Assembly: GCA_963720755.1 (NCBI GenBank)
Contig: CAVRGP010000011.1
Span: 384,001-448,000, forward strand
Direction of reading: 5' to 3'
From: an uncultured Chloroflexia bacterium
GTDB lineage: Bacteria; Chloroflexota; Limnocylindria; Limnocylindrales; CSP1-4
Length of the DNA stretch: 64,000 bases
This document shows, piece by piece, positions 38,772 through 49,085 of this stretch (position 1 is its first letter; every line of letters begins with the position of its first letter). Under the pieces are notes generated by a model. That model did no database searches. It was not told the origin of the DNA and saw only the letters and a program-made list of their open reading frames with translations. Position numbers and translations under genes: made by a program.

Positions 38772-40841
38772 ATGCCCAACCGCCTTGCCGGAGAGACGAG
38801 CCCGTATCTCCTCCAGCACGCCCAGAACCCGGTCGACTGGTACCCGTGGGGTCCGGAAGCCCTGGCCGCCGCCCGGTCGCTCGATCGTCCGATCTTCCTG
38901 AGCATCGGCTATGCGGCATGCCATTGGTGCCACGTCATGGAACGCGAGTCGTTCGAGCATGCGCCGACCGCTCAATTCCTCAACGACCACTTCGTGTCGA
39001 TCAAGGTCGACCGCGAAGAACGACCGGATCTGGATCAGGTGTACATGGCCGCGGTCCAGTCGATGACCGGCAGCGGTGGCTGGCCGATGTCGGTCTTCCT
39101 GACGCCGGACGGTCGCCCGTTCTACGGCGGTACCTACTTCCCGGACGAGCCACGGCACGGCATGCCGTCGTTCAACCAGGTCCTCCAGGGTGTCGATCGT
39201 GCCTGGCGGGAACAACGGGCCGAAGTCGAAGCCGCCGGCGGCCGCCTGGTCGACGGCCTGGTCGAACAGAGCCGACTCGAAGCCGCCGCGGACGACCCGA
39301 CCGACGCTCTCCTCGAGACCGCGACCGAGGCGCTCGACGCGGCGTTCGACTGGGTGAACGGGGGCTGGGGCCGGGCACCCAAGTTCCCGCAGCCGATGAC
39401 GATCGAGTTCGAGCTTCGACGCCATGCGGCCACCGGCGACCCCCGGCCGCTCGCGGTCGCCCGGCGGTCGCTCGACGCGATGGCCGACGGGGGCCTGCGC
39501 GACCAGCTCGGCGGCGGGTTTCACCGGTATTCGACCGACGCCTATTGGCTGGTCCCACATTTCGAGCAGATGCTGTACGACAACGCTCAGCTTGCCCGGG
39601 TCTACCTCCATGCCTGGACGCTGACCGACGACGACCGCTACCGCGTCGTCGCGCAGGGGACCCTCGACTACATGATCCGCGAGCTGACCACGCCCGACGG
39701 CGCCTTTGCCGCCAGCCAGGATGCCGACACCGAGGGCATCGAGGGCCTCACCTTCACCTGGCGAGCTCCGGAGGTTCGCGACGTGCTGGGCGAGGACGCT
39801 CCGCTGTTCATGGCGGCATACGGCGTGACCGAGGACGGCAACTGGGAAGGCGTGACCGTCCTCAGTCGGGTCGCGACCGACGACGACCTGGCAGTCAGCC
39901 TGGACCTCGCGCCAGGCGACGTCGCCACCCGCCTTGGCGAGGCGCGCATCCGACTCCTGGAACGGCGCCGGGAACGGCCGCAGCCAGCCCGGGACGAGAA
40001 GGCGCTGGCCGCCTGGAACGGGCTGGCCATCGCGGCCTTCGCTGACGGCGCGATGGCCCTCGGGGCGGTCGACCCGGTCGCGGCGGAACGGTATCGCGCC
40101 GCCGCGGTCCGGGCGGCGACGACCATCGTCGACGGCCTGCTCGCGCCGGATGGCTCACTCGGCCGTTCGTGGAAGGATGGCCGCGTGTCCGGCCGTGGTG
40201 TCCTGGAGGATTACGCCGATCTGGCCGACGGGCTCCTGGCCCTGTACGAGGCGACTTTCGTTGAGCGCTGGTTCTCCACCGCCCGTGGGCTGATGGATCG
40301 GGTCATCGACCATTTCGCCGATCCGGGCGGCGGGTTCTTCGATACCGCGGACGATCACGAGCGGCTCGTGACCCGGCCAAAGGATGTCCAGGACAACGCG
40401 GTCCCGTCCGGGAACGCGATGGCGACGCGCGTCCTCCTGCGGCTGGCGGCCTGGACCGGCGAGGCAGGCTACCGGGACGCAGCCGAACGGGCGATCCGCA
40501 CCGTCGTCCCATTCGCCGCCCGGTATCCCGGTGGCTTCGCCCAGTGGCTGGGCGCCATGGACCTCGCCCTCGCCACGGTCGTGGAGGTGGCGATCGTGGG
40601 GCCGCCCGGGGACGTCGCGACCAACGGGCTGCTCGGCGAGGTTCGGCGCGGGTTCCAGCCGAATGTCGTGGTCGCGGTCAGGGCCGACCATGACGTGAGC
40701 GAGATCCCGCTGCTCCGCGACCGCGTCTCGATCGACGGGCGACCGACCGCGTATGTCTGCCGGGACTTCGTCTGCCGCCTGCCGGTGACCGACCCCCCAG
40801 ACCTGCGCTCCCAACTCGACACGGGACGTCGGCGTGGCTGA
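38772..40841 (+). CDS. yyaL: YyaL/SPATA20-like thioredoxin-domain protein (DUF255)
   Basis: [61 protein letters not shown]. Confidence 0.93.
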   Translation: MPNRLAGETSPYLLQHAQNPVDWYPWGPEALAAARSLDRPIFLSIGYAACHWCHVMERESFEHAPTAQFLNDHFVSIKVDREERPDLDQVYMAAVQSMTGSGGWPMSVFLTPDGRPFYGGTYFPDEPRHGMPSFNQVLQGVDRAWREQRAEVEAAGGRLVDGLVEQSRLEAAADDPTDALLETATEALDAAFDWVNGGWGRAPKFPQPMTIEFELRRHAATGDPRPLAVARRSLDAMADGGLRDQLGGGFHRYSTDAYWLVPHFEQMLYDNAQLARVYLHAWTLTDDDRYRVVAQGTLDYMIRELTTPDGAFAASQDADTEGIEGLTFTWRAPEVRDVLGEDAPLFMAAYGVTEDGNWEGVTVLSRVATDDDLAVSLDLAPGDVATRLGEARIRLLERRRERPQPARDEKALAAWNGLAIAAFADGAMALGAVDPVAAERYRAAAVRAATTIVDGLLAPDGSLGRSWKDGRVSGRGVLEDYADLADGLLALYEATFVERWFSTARGLMDRVIDHFADPGGGFFDTADDHERLVTRPKDVQDNAVPSGNAMATRVLLRLAAWTGEAGYRDAAERAIRTVVPFAARYPGGFAQWLGAMDLALATVVEVAIVGPPGDVATNGLLGEVRRGFQPNVVVAVRADHDVSEIPLLRDRVSIDGRPTAYVCRDFVCRLPVTDPPDLRSQLDTGRRRG

Positions 40842-42117
40842 AGCGACGCCGGTCGAGATCCGACCCGCCGCCACGGTCGCCCTGCTCCGACCCGGCCCGA
40901 CCGGTCTCGAAGCGCTCCTGACCGTTCGGCCGACGACGATGGCGTTCGCGGCCGGGATGCATGTCTTCCCGGGAGGGCGAGTGGATCCCGCCGATGCCGA
41001 CCCGGCTCTCGCCGCACGATCGGTCCGCTCGCCAGACCAGGCCGCGATCTCGCTTGGTGGCGACCTGCTCCCGGCCGAGGCACTGGCCGCCTACCTGGCC
41101 GGTGTCCGTGAGTTGTTCGAGGAGGCCGGCGTGCTTCTGGCCGATCACCGGGCCGGGGACGGACCGGTCGCCGCTGCACGGTCGGCGCTGCTGCGCGGCG
41201 AGGCGACCCTCGCGACGGTCGCCGCGGACCTTGATCTTCGCCTTCGGACCGATCGCCTGATCCCGATCTCGCGCTGGGTGACGCCGATCGGGTTGCCGCG
41301 CCGGTTCGACGCCCGCTTCTTCGTCGCGTCGTTGCCCGCGGGTGCGGTCCCGTCATTCGAGGGTGGCGAAGTCACCGACCACGTCTGGATCCGCCCCGGC
41401 GACGCCCTTCGGGCGATGGCCGAGGGCCGTCTGCCGATGTGGCTGCCGACGAGCACGACCCTCCAGCAACTCGAGCATGCCGGGTCGATCGACGAGATCG
41501 CGGAACGGATGACACCGTCCCCGCTCGGGCCGATCGAGGTCGACGATGTCTCGCCCGACGTGCGTCGAGTGGTGATGCCGGCCGCCGGCGGCGTGGCCGG
41601 TCAGCCGGTCGATGCCTACCTTGTCGGTCGGAAGCGTCTCATCCTGGTCGATCCAGGCGACCCGACCGGGCCGGCGCTGGACCGAGTGATCGAGATCGTG
41701 GCGGAGCGTGGTGGTGCGATCGAAGCGGTCGTTCTCACGAGCGTGGAGGCCGCTCATGCCGCGGGTGCCGAGGCGATCGCCGAGCCACTTGGCATCCCGG
41801 TCCTGGTCGGGCCCGGAGGCGGTCGGATCCTGCCATATCCCGTCGTGGAGGTCGCGGACGGCGACGTCCTGGCGATGGCCGATGTCTCGGTCCAGGTGGC
41901 CCACATGCCCGGTCCCCGACCGGACCACCTTGCCCTGATCGTGGCCGGCGGGGCGTACGTGATCAGCGGCGATCTGGGTGGCGTCCGCGGTGCACGGTCG
42001 ATCCCGGGTCCGGCCGACGAGACGGCCTGGGCAGACTCCATCCGACGGCTGCGGACGCTGGCTCCGGATGGGCACTGGCTGGCCGGCCATCCCTCGCCTC
42101 CGAGCGAGATGGCGTGA
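40834..42117 (+). CDS. NUDIX hydrolase fused to a degenerate metallo-beta-lactamase-fold domain
   Basis: [30 protein letters not shown]...RRFD.RFF; then YLVG..LVDPG, SGD, AGH. Confidence 0.82.
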   Translation: MAEATPVEIRPAATVALLRPGPTGLEALLTVRPTTMAFAAGMHVFPGGRVDPADADPALAARSVRSPDQAAISLGGDLLPAEALAAYLAGVRELFEEAGVLLADHRAGDGPVAAARSALLRGEATLATVAADLDLRLRTDRLIPISRWVTPIGLPRRFDARFFVASLPAGAVPSFEGGEVTDHVWIRPGDALRAMAEGRLPMWLPTSTTLQQLEHAGSIDEIAERMTPSPLGPIEVDDVSPDVRRVVMPAAGGVAGQPVDAYLVGRKRLILVDPGDPTGPALDRVIEIVAERGGAIEAVVLTSVEAAHAAGAEAIAEPLGIPVLVGPGGGRILPYPVVEVADGDVLAMADVSVQVAHMPGPRPDHLALIVAGGAYVISGDLGGVRGARSIPGPADETAWADSIRRLRTLAPDGHWLAGHPSPPSEMA

Positions 42118-42118
42118 C

Positions 42119-43027
42119 GTGACGACCGACCGCCTGCGACCGATCCACGTCGTCGCGGTCCTGTTCGTCGGTCTGGCCATCGCCGACCTGTACTGGTCGC
42201 TGACCAGCCAGCCGCCCGACCCGGGCAGCTCAGCCGTCGACCTGGCGAACTACGCGCTCCAGGTCATTCCATCGGTCGTCTCGATCCTGCTGCCGGCGAT
42301 CCTCCTCGTCCGACACCCCGATGCCCCGAGTCGGACGCCGGTCCTCCTGTTCGGCATGGTCCTGCTGGCCGTCGCCCAGGGCCTGGTCATCCTCAACGGC
42401 CAGCTCCAGGACCTCTTCGCGACCCTGACCCCGCCGAGTTCCGACCTGCCGTTCCTGGTCCCGTCGGCGACCATCTTCAACGTCCTGGTCAGCCTGACGA
42501 CCGCCTTCGCCGTGGGGTACCTCGCGTCGGGTCTGACCCAGGCGCGCCGATACGAAGATCGGGGTGCGAGCGTGACCGCCGTCTTCGTCCCGGTGGCCGC
42601 GGTCTTCGCGACGATCGTCGGGGTCGTCTCGGTCGGTCAGATCGACTTCGGGTCGACACCGATGTCACCGACCCTGATCCTCTACCTCGGGGTCTCCATC
42701 GCCCTCGGGGTCCTCCGGATCTCGGTCTGGACTTATCTCGCGGCCACGACCACGCGAGGTTGGGCGGCGGGCGAACGACCGTCGATCGGCTGGCTGCTTG
42801 CCATGATCTCGGCGATGCTGATCGTGCTCGCGCTCGCGATGGTCAACCTGGGAGGCGTCCTCCCGCTCGACGATCCCGCGGTCAACCAGACCTACGGCTA
42901 TGTGATCGTCGGCGCCTACGGGTTCGGGCATCTGGCCCTCCTCGCGGCGTTCGCCGTCGGTCTTCCGGCCCTCGACGACGACGAAGTCGAGGACGAAGAA
43001 GTCGAGGACGAAGAAGTCGAGGACTAG
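42119..43027 (+). CDS. integral membrane protein with acidic tail
   Basis: About 8 hydrophobic segments; ends DDDEVEDEEVEDEEVED. Confidence 0.7.
   Translation: MTTDRLRPIHVVAVLFVGLAIADLYWSLTSQPPDPGSSAVDLANYALQVIPSVVSILLPAILLVRHPDAPSRTPVLLFGMVLLAVAQGLVILNGQLQDLFATLTPPSSDLPFLVPSATIFNVLVSLTTAFAVGYLASGLTQARRYEDRGASVTAVFVPVAAVFATIVGVVSVGQIDFGSTPMSPTLILYLGVSIALGVLRISVWTYLAATTTRGWAAGERPSIGWLLAMISAMLIVLALAMVNLGGVLPLDDPAVNQTYGYVIVGAYGFGHLALLAAFAVGLPALDDDEVEDEEVEDEEVED
42980..43024 (+). repeat. 15-bp coding tandem repeat (DEEVE)
   Basis: GACGAAGAAGTCGAG-like unit, about 3 copies at the gene end. Confidence 0.8.
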
Positions 43028-43623
43028 GCGCGGTCGGTCGGCAGGGCGGCACCGAGGTTGCGCAGGAAATTGAGGCCCTCGTCCACCTGTTCGATGGGTG
43101 CGTATGGGCCCGGCATCAGGAAGCACGGCCGGCCGGCCAGAGCCACCCCGGGGAGCTGGCCCCAGGGTTCTTCGAGTCGTCGCCCGGCCGCGACGGCGGC
43201 ACCACGCTTGTAGATGAACACGATCGCGGCGGGACGCCAGATCGCGGCCTTCTGCCAGAGCGGACCGACGCCCGCGGTGAGCGCGGCATCGGTCGCCTCA
43301 TCGCGCGCCGTCGGTACCTTGATCAGGTCGGTGATGCCGTGTCCCGCCGCGAGCAAGGCGTCATCTGCCGACTCGATCTGGCTGCCGCCCGGGATGATCT
43401 CCGCGGTCATGAGCCGGCGCCAGAACGTGCGGCCGAGGCGGCCCTGATGATAGTGCCCGGCATCGACGCTGACCGGGGAGGGGTTCAGGCCGACGAACAG
43501 GAGTCGATCGCGCAGCGGCGGCAGGTCGGCCAGGGTCACGACGGAGGCGCCGTCGATCTCGATCGTCGCGCGGTGCGGGCCAGGCTCGGGACGCCGAGTC
43601 AGCGCGTCGAAGTCGTCGGTCAC
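43024..43623 (-). CDS. mug: mismatch-specific uracil/thymine DNA glycosylase (UDG family 2)
   Basis: TLADL, LLFVGLNP...S...GHY, FW, GITDL. Confidence 0.85.
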   Translation of the reverse strand: MTDDFDALTRRPEPGPHRATIEIDGASVVTLADLPPLRDRLLFVGLNPSPVSVDAGHYHQGRLGRTFWRRLMTAEIIPGGSQIESADDALLAAGHGITDLIKVPTARDEATDAALTAGVGPLWQKAAIWRPAAIVFIYKRGAAVAAGRRLEEPWGQLPGVALAGRPCFLMPGPYAPIEQVDEGLNFLRNLGAALPTDRA

Positions 43624-43640
43624 GGTCTCCTGGATCGCCC

Positions 43641-43844
43641 TCAGGCGGGTCGGTCGGAGTCGCCGCCGGTCGTCGTGCCCTCGCCGCTGGCACGCGCCTG
43701 GATCTCGGTCTGGGCCTTGCCCGCTTCCGTCTTCGCTTCACGGACGCCTCGCCCGAGCGCTTCGGCGATCCTGGGCATCGTCTTCGGGCCGCGCCACACG
43801 ATCGCGAGGATGAGGATGACCAGGAGGACGGCGAGCAGATCCAT
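43641..43844 (-). CDS. tatA: twin-arginine translocase TatA/TatE subunit
   Basis: One TM helix, then GPKTMPRIAEALGRGVREAK amphipathic helix; 67 aa. Confidence 0.8.
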   Translation of the reverse strand: MDLLAVLLVILILAIVWRGPKTMPRIAEALGRGVREAKTEAGKAQTEIQARASGEGTTTGGDSDRPA

Positions 43845-43887
43845 GCGGGCATGGTACCCCGCGCGGGAAGCGGTGAGGTGCTCCGGG

Positions 43888-44286
43888 TCAGCGGGGTCGA
43901 CGGGCGACCGGGATGACCAGTCGGAGCGCGGTGTGGGTCGCCGAGAACGAGACGACCTTGTTGTCGACGAGGCCGGCCGCTCGCGCGGCCTCGATGACCT
44001 CCACATCGCGGAGCGTCGCCTGCTTGCCTTTGCGGGATACGACCCAGATGGCCCCCTTGGGTCGGATGCGGCCGGCCAGCGACGCCAGGTGGCTCAGCTC
44101 GTCGGACGAGTCGGCACCGAGGAACACGATGTCGGTGTCCGGCTCGGGCCAGCCGTCGGTGACATCGGTGGTCCGTTCGGCGACCGCTCGTCGGATCCCT
44201 GGGTCGTCGATGTCGAGGAATGCCACGCGCATCCCCGGGCGAACGCCGAGCTTGTCGAGCAGGGGTGTCGTGTAGACGCGTTCCAT
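43888..44286 (-). CDS. DUF3052-like protein
   Basis: Y..PLLDKLGVRPG, GAIWV...K, A...GLVDNKV.SF...HTALR.V. Confidence 0.75.
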   Translation of the reverse strand: MERVYTTPLLDKLGVRPGMRVAFLDIDDPGIRRAVAERTTDVTDGWPEPDTDIVFLGADSSDELSHLASLAGRIRPKGAIWVVSRKGKQATLRDVEVIEAARAAGLVDNKVVSFSATHTALRLVIPVARRPR

Positions 44287-44306
44287 CACAGGTATCGTGC
44301 CACGGC

Positions 44307-45200
44307 GTGGGAGCACGACGATCCGAGTCCCCGACGATCGAGCTTCGGGCCGTGGCCGAGCAGCTGGGTTCGAGACTGATCTCGAGCGAGCCGGTTTCCT
44401 GGGGCAATTCGGCCTCGACCTATCGGATCGATCTGGCCGACGGCCGGGCGGTCGCTGCTCGTCGGTCGATCGGACCCGACGCGCTCGCGATGACCGAACG
44501 GCTGGCGGCCGTCATGGCCATGGCCGCCGCCGTGCGATTGCCGATCCCGACGGCAGTCGTCGTCGCCACGGATCCTTCGGTCTGGTTGGTCAGCCCGTGG
44601 ATCGCCGGCGAGACCGGCGCGGCGTGGTTGGGAACGCCGTCGCGGACGATCACCCTCGCCGGTCGGATGGGGTCGCTCGCCCGCCACCTTCGCGGGCTGG
44701 ACCGTCACCTGATGGGCTCAGGGGGTGGGTCACTGATGGTCGATGATGATCCGGCTGGCTTGACGACCGCCCTTCAGGAATTGGCGGGATCGATCTCGGC
44801 GGCCACCCGGATGTCGATCGGTGAGGCGATCGAGCGATCACGCACGGACTCATCCATGGCGCCGATATTCGTGCATGGCGATTTCGCTCCGATCAATGTC
44901 GTCATGGGACCCGATGGCGATATCAGGGCGCTGCTCGATCTAGAGCATGCCGCGCTCGGCGCGCCGCTGGCGGATGCCGCCTGGTGGGGATGGGTTGTTC
45001 GTCACCATCACCCGGAGGCCTGGTCTACGGCCTGGCCGGCCTTCTGTGCCGCCGCCGACATCGACCTCGAGCGCGACCGCGACACGATCCATGCGTTGGT
45101 GATGCGACAGCTACTCGCGAGGGCGGCCGCCGCCGGGATGCCGGATGTCCGATACCGCTGGCTGCACAGGCTGGAGGTCGCCGGCCGCTGGGAACGATGA
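44307..45200 (+). CDS. APH/choline kinase-family phosphotransferase
   Basis: FVHGDFAPINV and LLDLE.A..G.P..D motifs. Confidence 0.8.
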   Translation: MGARRSESPTIELRAVAEQLGSRLISSEPVSWGNSASTYRIDLADGRAVAARRSIGPDALAMTERLAAVMAMAAAVRLPIPTAVVVATDPSVWLVSPWIAGETGAAWLGTPSRTITLAGRMGSLARHLRGLDRHLMGSGGGSLMVDDDPAGLTTALQELAGSISAATRMSIGEAIERSRTDSSMAPIFVHGDFAPINVVMGPDGDIRALLDLEHAALGAPLADAAWWGWVVRHHHPEAWSTAWPAFCAAADIDLERDRDTIHALVMRQLLARAAAAGMPDVRYRWLHRLEVAGRWER

Positions 45201-45260
45201 GTCAGCCGACGTGCGCGATCGCCCGGATCGCGTCATGGACCGGGAAGCCGGTCGTGCCCC

Positions 45261-46029
45261 TCATTTGGATCCGCGCACCCCGCCGTCGACGAACATCCCC
45301 GACCCGAGCACGAACTTCGATTCGTCGGAGGCAAGGAACAGCGCGGCAGCCGCGACGTCCTCGGGTCGACCGAGGTCACCCGTCAGTTGGCGTCGCTTGA
45401 GCGCCTCGAGCCCGGCCACCGGGTCGACGTAGCTTTCCCGGAGGTATCGATCGACGAACGGAGTATGGATCGTGCCCGGCAGGAGGGCGTTCACGCGGAT
45501 CCCGTTCGCTGCGTAGTCGGCCTGCATCTGGCGGGTCAAGGCCAGGACCGCGCCCTTCGATGCGGCGTACGACGCGCGATCGGCCAGGCCGATCTCGGCG
45601 ACGGTCGAGGACATGTTGATGATCGAACCTTGGCCTGCGCTTGATCATCAGGGGCAGGACGGCACGAGCTACGAGGAACACGCCGCGGAGGTTCACCGCG
45701 ATGACCCGGTCCCAGAGCTCGACCGACGTCTCGTGGAGCTTCCCGACGCCCGCGATCCCAGCGTTGTTGAAGAGGACGTCGATCCGTCCGAATCGAGCCA
45801 GAACGTCGCCCGACAACCGCTCGCAACTCTCGGGATCGGTCACGTCGACGGTGAACGCGGCGGCTCCGTCGGTCGGCAACAGCGAGATCGTTCCAGCCGC
45901 GGCTTCGGGGTCGATATCCGCCACCGCGATCTCGGCGCCCTCCGCCGCGAAAGCGATAGCGGAGGCCCGTCCGATGCCCGAGCCGGCACCGGTGATCAGG
46001 CAGACCTTGCCAGTGAGTCGGTCGGTCAC
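45261..46029 (-). pseudogene. SDR oxidoreductase with one frameshift near 45640
   Basis: TGAGSGIG and NNAG in one frame; GSIINMSS, YAASKG, PGTIHTP, VDGG in another. Confidence 0.8.
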
Positions 46030-46540
46030 GATCCGACCCCGAGGGGCGCCGTCGACCATGCCTTCCCGTTCGGATACGCGTATCGCTCGATCGACGCTGA
46101 TTTCATCGTGATGCTGTAGCCGGCTGCCGTCGGGACGACGTATCGGCCCTCCTTGACGATGGCGGGATCGACGAAGTGTTCATGCAGGTGATCGACGTAC
46201 TCGACGACGCGCTCGTCGAGCGAGCCGCTGACCGCGATGTAATCGAAGATGGCCAAGTGCTGGACATACTCGCAGAGACCGACGCCTCCGGCGTGGGGCA
46301 GACGGGGATCCCGAATTTGGCCGCGAGCAAGAGGACCGCGACGATCTCATTGACGCCGCCCAGGCGGCAGCTGTCGACCTGGGCGAAGCCGATGGCCTCG
46401 GCTTGCAAGAACTGCTTGAACATGACTCGGTTGTGGCAGTGCTCCCCGGTCGCGACACGGATGCCGAGCGGCCGCCTCAGCCTCGAGCGTCGGGGTTCGA
46501 CCGCACGATCCCGGTCCAGGCCGTGATCTTGGGCGGGACC
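46026..46540 (-). pseudogene. truncated, frameshifted L-fuconate dehydratase (ENOSF1/FucD-like enolase)
   Basis: [18 protein letters not shown]...[17 protein letters not shown] / [14 protein letters not shown]...[10 protein letters not shown]. Only the C-terminal third is present. Confidence 0.8.
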
Positions 46541-46587
46541 GCCGCGCTGGCCTGCTGACACGGTCCATCGCCGGTATCGTGCCACGC

Positions 46588-48312
46588 ATGCTCCTCGTGT
46601 ACGGACCCCGCTCCGCGTCCTACGACTTCGGGCCCGGGCATCCGCTCACCCCGAGGCGGTTCGGGCCTGGGATCGACCTTCTCCGCGCGGTCGGCGCGGA
46701 GCCTGGCCTGGCGCCCGAGCCGGCGCCCGACGAGGAGTTGTTGTGGTGCCACCAGCGCCGGTACATCGAGATCGTGAAGCGACTGTCGGCGGACCCGAAC
46801 GGACGACCGGAGGCCGGGATCGGCGCGGCCGGTGACGATCCGCCCTTTGCCGGGATGCACGATGCCGGGGCGACGGTCGCAGGTGGCTCGCTGCGAGGCG
46901 TCGAAGCCATCCTGCGCGGCGACGTCGAGCACGCGTTCCATCCGGGCGGCGGGCTCCACCACGCGATGCCGGCCCGAGCATCAGGGTTCTGCATCTACGA
47001 CGATCCGGCGCTTGCGATCGCCCGGGCGCGACGGGAGGGACTGCGTGTCCTGTACGTGGACCTCGACGTCCACCATGGCGACGGCGTCCAGGCGATCCAT
47101 CGCGACGACCCAGGCGTGCTGACCCTCTCCTTCCACGAGAGCGGGCAGTACCTGTTCCCCGGGACCGGCGGTGTCGAGGAGCTAGGCGACGGCCCCGCGG
47201 CCGCGACCGTCGTCAACGTCCCGCTGGAGCCCTGGACCGGCGAGGAAGCCTGGCTGGCGGCCGTGCGGACGGTCCTGCCCGAAGTGGCCGCGGCGTTCGG
47301 GCCCGACCTGATCGTGTCGCAGCATGGCGCCGACTCGCATGCGTGGGATCCGCTTGCGCATCTGCGGGTCACGACGACGGCGATGGGGGAGGCCGCCCGG
47401 ATCGTGGATCGAGTGGCGCACAGGTACGCCCAGGGTCGGTGGCTGGCGACCGGAGGGGGTGGCTACGATGTCTATCGGGTCGTGCCTCGCAGCTGGAGCC
47501 TTGTCTGGCTCGCCGGGGCCCATCGTGGGGCCCCATCGTCCACCCCGGTGGCGTGGCGTGACCGCTGGGCGCCCGACGCGCGACGGTTCGGTCAGGACCC
47601 GCCACCGGAGCGATTCGAGGATGCGCCGAATGCCGGGGAACCGCGATCGCCCTCACAGGTCGCCGCCGAGGTGGACTCAGCGGTGACCGTGGCCGTCGTC
47701 CGGCAGCTGGTCGTGCCGAGGCTGCTCCGGGTCGCCCGTGACCGTGGTTGGTGGGATCCTCTCGCCGACGCACCGGCCGCGGGTTCCTCGGGCGATGCGC
47801 CTCCTGGCGGATCAACCCCGACGATCATCCCGATCACGGACGGTGCCGCCTGGGCCGGGACCACGCTCGCCGGCGGGGTCATCGCCCCGGCTGATCCTGC
47901 GTCGGGCCATGCGCTGGTCGCGGCGGGACTCGACGACGGTCTCTTCGTCACGACAGCCGTCGTCGGCTCCACGGTCGTCGGTGCCGCGATCTCGCACCGG
48001 CTCGCGTCGAGGGGCCGTTGGACGTTGCTCGCACTCGGCGTCGCGCCGGCTTGGCGTCGGCGCGGACTGGCCGGCCGACTCCTGTCCACCCATGTCGATG
48101 ATCCGCGGTCGGGTGGAAGTGAACACGAAGCCGAGGTCACGGTGGCCGAGCGGGATCCATCCGCCCCGCTCGGTGGCTCGCTTGGACGGACGATCGCCCG
48201 GCGCCTCCTGTCAGACAGCGGGTTCGTGTTCGACGACGTCGCGGAGCCGCTGGTGCGAGCGGCCGACCCGAGTGCCCTGGCCGCGGTTCGCTGGCCTGGC
48301 CTGGTGCCATGA
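46588..48312 (+). CDS. acuC: AcuC/histone-deacetylase-family protein fused to a C-terminal GNAT-like domain
   Basis: [42 protein letters not shown]; C-terminal [17 protein letters not shown]. Confidence 0.88.
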   Translation: MLLVYGPRSASYDFGPGHPLTPRRFGPGIDLLRAVGAEPGLAPEPAPDEELLWCHQRRYIEIVKRLSADPNGRPEAGIGAAGDDPPFAGMHDAGATVAGGSLRGVEAILRGDVEHAFHPGGGLHHAMPARASGFCIYDDPALAIARARREGLRVLYVDLDVHHGDGVQAIHRDDPGVLTLSFHESGQYLFPGTGGVEELGDGPAAATVVNVPLEPWTGEEAWLAAVRTVLPEVAAAFGPDLIVSQHGADSHAWDPLAHLRVTTTAMGEAARIVDRVAHRYAQGRWLATGGGGYDVYRVVPRSWSLVWLAGAHRGAPSSTPVAWRDRWAPDARRFGQDPPPERFEDAPNAGEPRSPSQVAAEVDSAVTVAVVRQLVVPRLLRVARDRGWWDPLADAPAAGSSGDAPPGGSTPTIIPITDGAAWAGTTLAGGVIAPADPASGHALVAAGLDDGLFVTTAVVGSTVVGAAISHRLASRGRWTLLALGVAPAWRRRGLAGRLLSTHVDDPRSGGSEHEAEVTVAERDPSAPLGGSLGRTIARRLLSDSGFVFDDVAEPLVRAADPSALAAVRWPGLVP

Positions 48313-49007
48313 CCACCCCGCCCCTTGACGGACTCCCGGCTGAGGACATCGTCGACGTCCGCCTGATCGAAGCGATGCACGCATCGGGTTGTCCGGTGTG
48401 TGCGGTCCGTGCGCGTTCGGAACGCGCGACGCTCGATGCGATCATCAACGAGCGCGTGCTCGACATCGGGTTCCGGGCCGAGCTCGAACGGAAACATGGT
48501 TTCTGCCGCCGGCACGTGGCGGCCCTCGTCGAGACCGACCGTCGCGAGACCGGCGGGATCCTCGGGTCGTCCATCCTGCTCGGCGCCGTCGTGGATCGGC
48601 GGACCGGGGAGCTTGGATCGGCGATCGGTGCGGGTGGTCGGACCGTTCGAGCCCGTGTCCGAGCCGCCCGACGCCGACCCCCATGTCTGGCGTGCACCCA
48701 GGGCGCGACCGGCGTCGATACCGCGATCGCCCGTCTCGCCGCCCGGTCGAGTGACCCCGCCTGGGCCACCGTCATCAGCCGGTCCGAGTTCTGTCTCGAT
48801 GACTTCCTCGCGCTCTGGGAGGAAGCGGCGTCCGAGCGCAGCTTCCAGGCGGTCGCGGAGGCGCAACTCGCCCGGTTCGCCGACCTGCGTCGACGGCTCG
48901 ATGGCTATGCCTACCACTCGAGCCATGACCGACGACACCTGTTGACCGAGGACGAACGGTCCGCGGCCGACGAAGCGACAGACGCCCTCGGCGGCGACCG
49001 GCGCTGA
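48309..49007 (+). CDS. DUF6062-like Cys/His-rich protein
   Basis: GCPVC, GFCRRH, CLAC, FCLDD; ATGA overlap with the acuC fusion. Confidence 0.7.
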   Translation: MTTPPLDGLPAEDIVDVRLIEAMHASGCPVCAVRARSERATLDAIINERVLDIGFRAELERKHGFCRRHVAALVETDRRETGGILGSSILLGAVVDRRTGELGSAIGAGGRTVRARVRAARRRPPCLACTQGATGVDTAIARLAARSSDPAWATVISRSEFCLDDFLALWEEAASERSFQAVAEAQLARFADLRRRLDGYAYHSSHDRRHLLTEDERSAADEATDALGGDRR

Positions 49008-49038
49008 CCGGTCGTTCCGGCCGATCGCCACCACGAAC

Positions 49039-49076
49039 CGAACATCTGGTCGAAATCGCGACGCAACGGTTACACT
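49039..49076 (+). promoter_or_regulatory. candidate LexA (GAAC-N4-GTTC-type) box and -10 of lhr
   Basis: CGAAC-ATCT-GGTCG at 49039-49052 (one mismatch); TACACT at 49071-49076. Confidence 0.55.
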
Positions 49077-49085
49077 GGTTCACCC

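Noticed and set aside
36362-40045. 1227-aa plus-strand ORF and similar long Arg/Pro-rich ORFs (e.g. 3261..5813, 30661..32919, 56360..58756)
   Set aside because: They overlap well-supported genes in other frames or strands and have low-complexity shadow composition.
33378-45200. Eis-like and APH-like genes as antibiotic-resistance determinants
   Set aside because: Both are broad families and there is no mobile context; family motifs alone do not show resistance.
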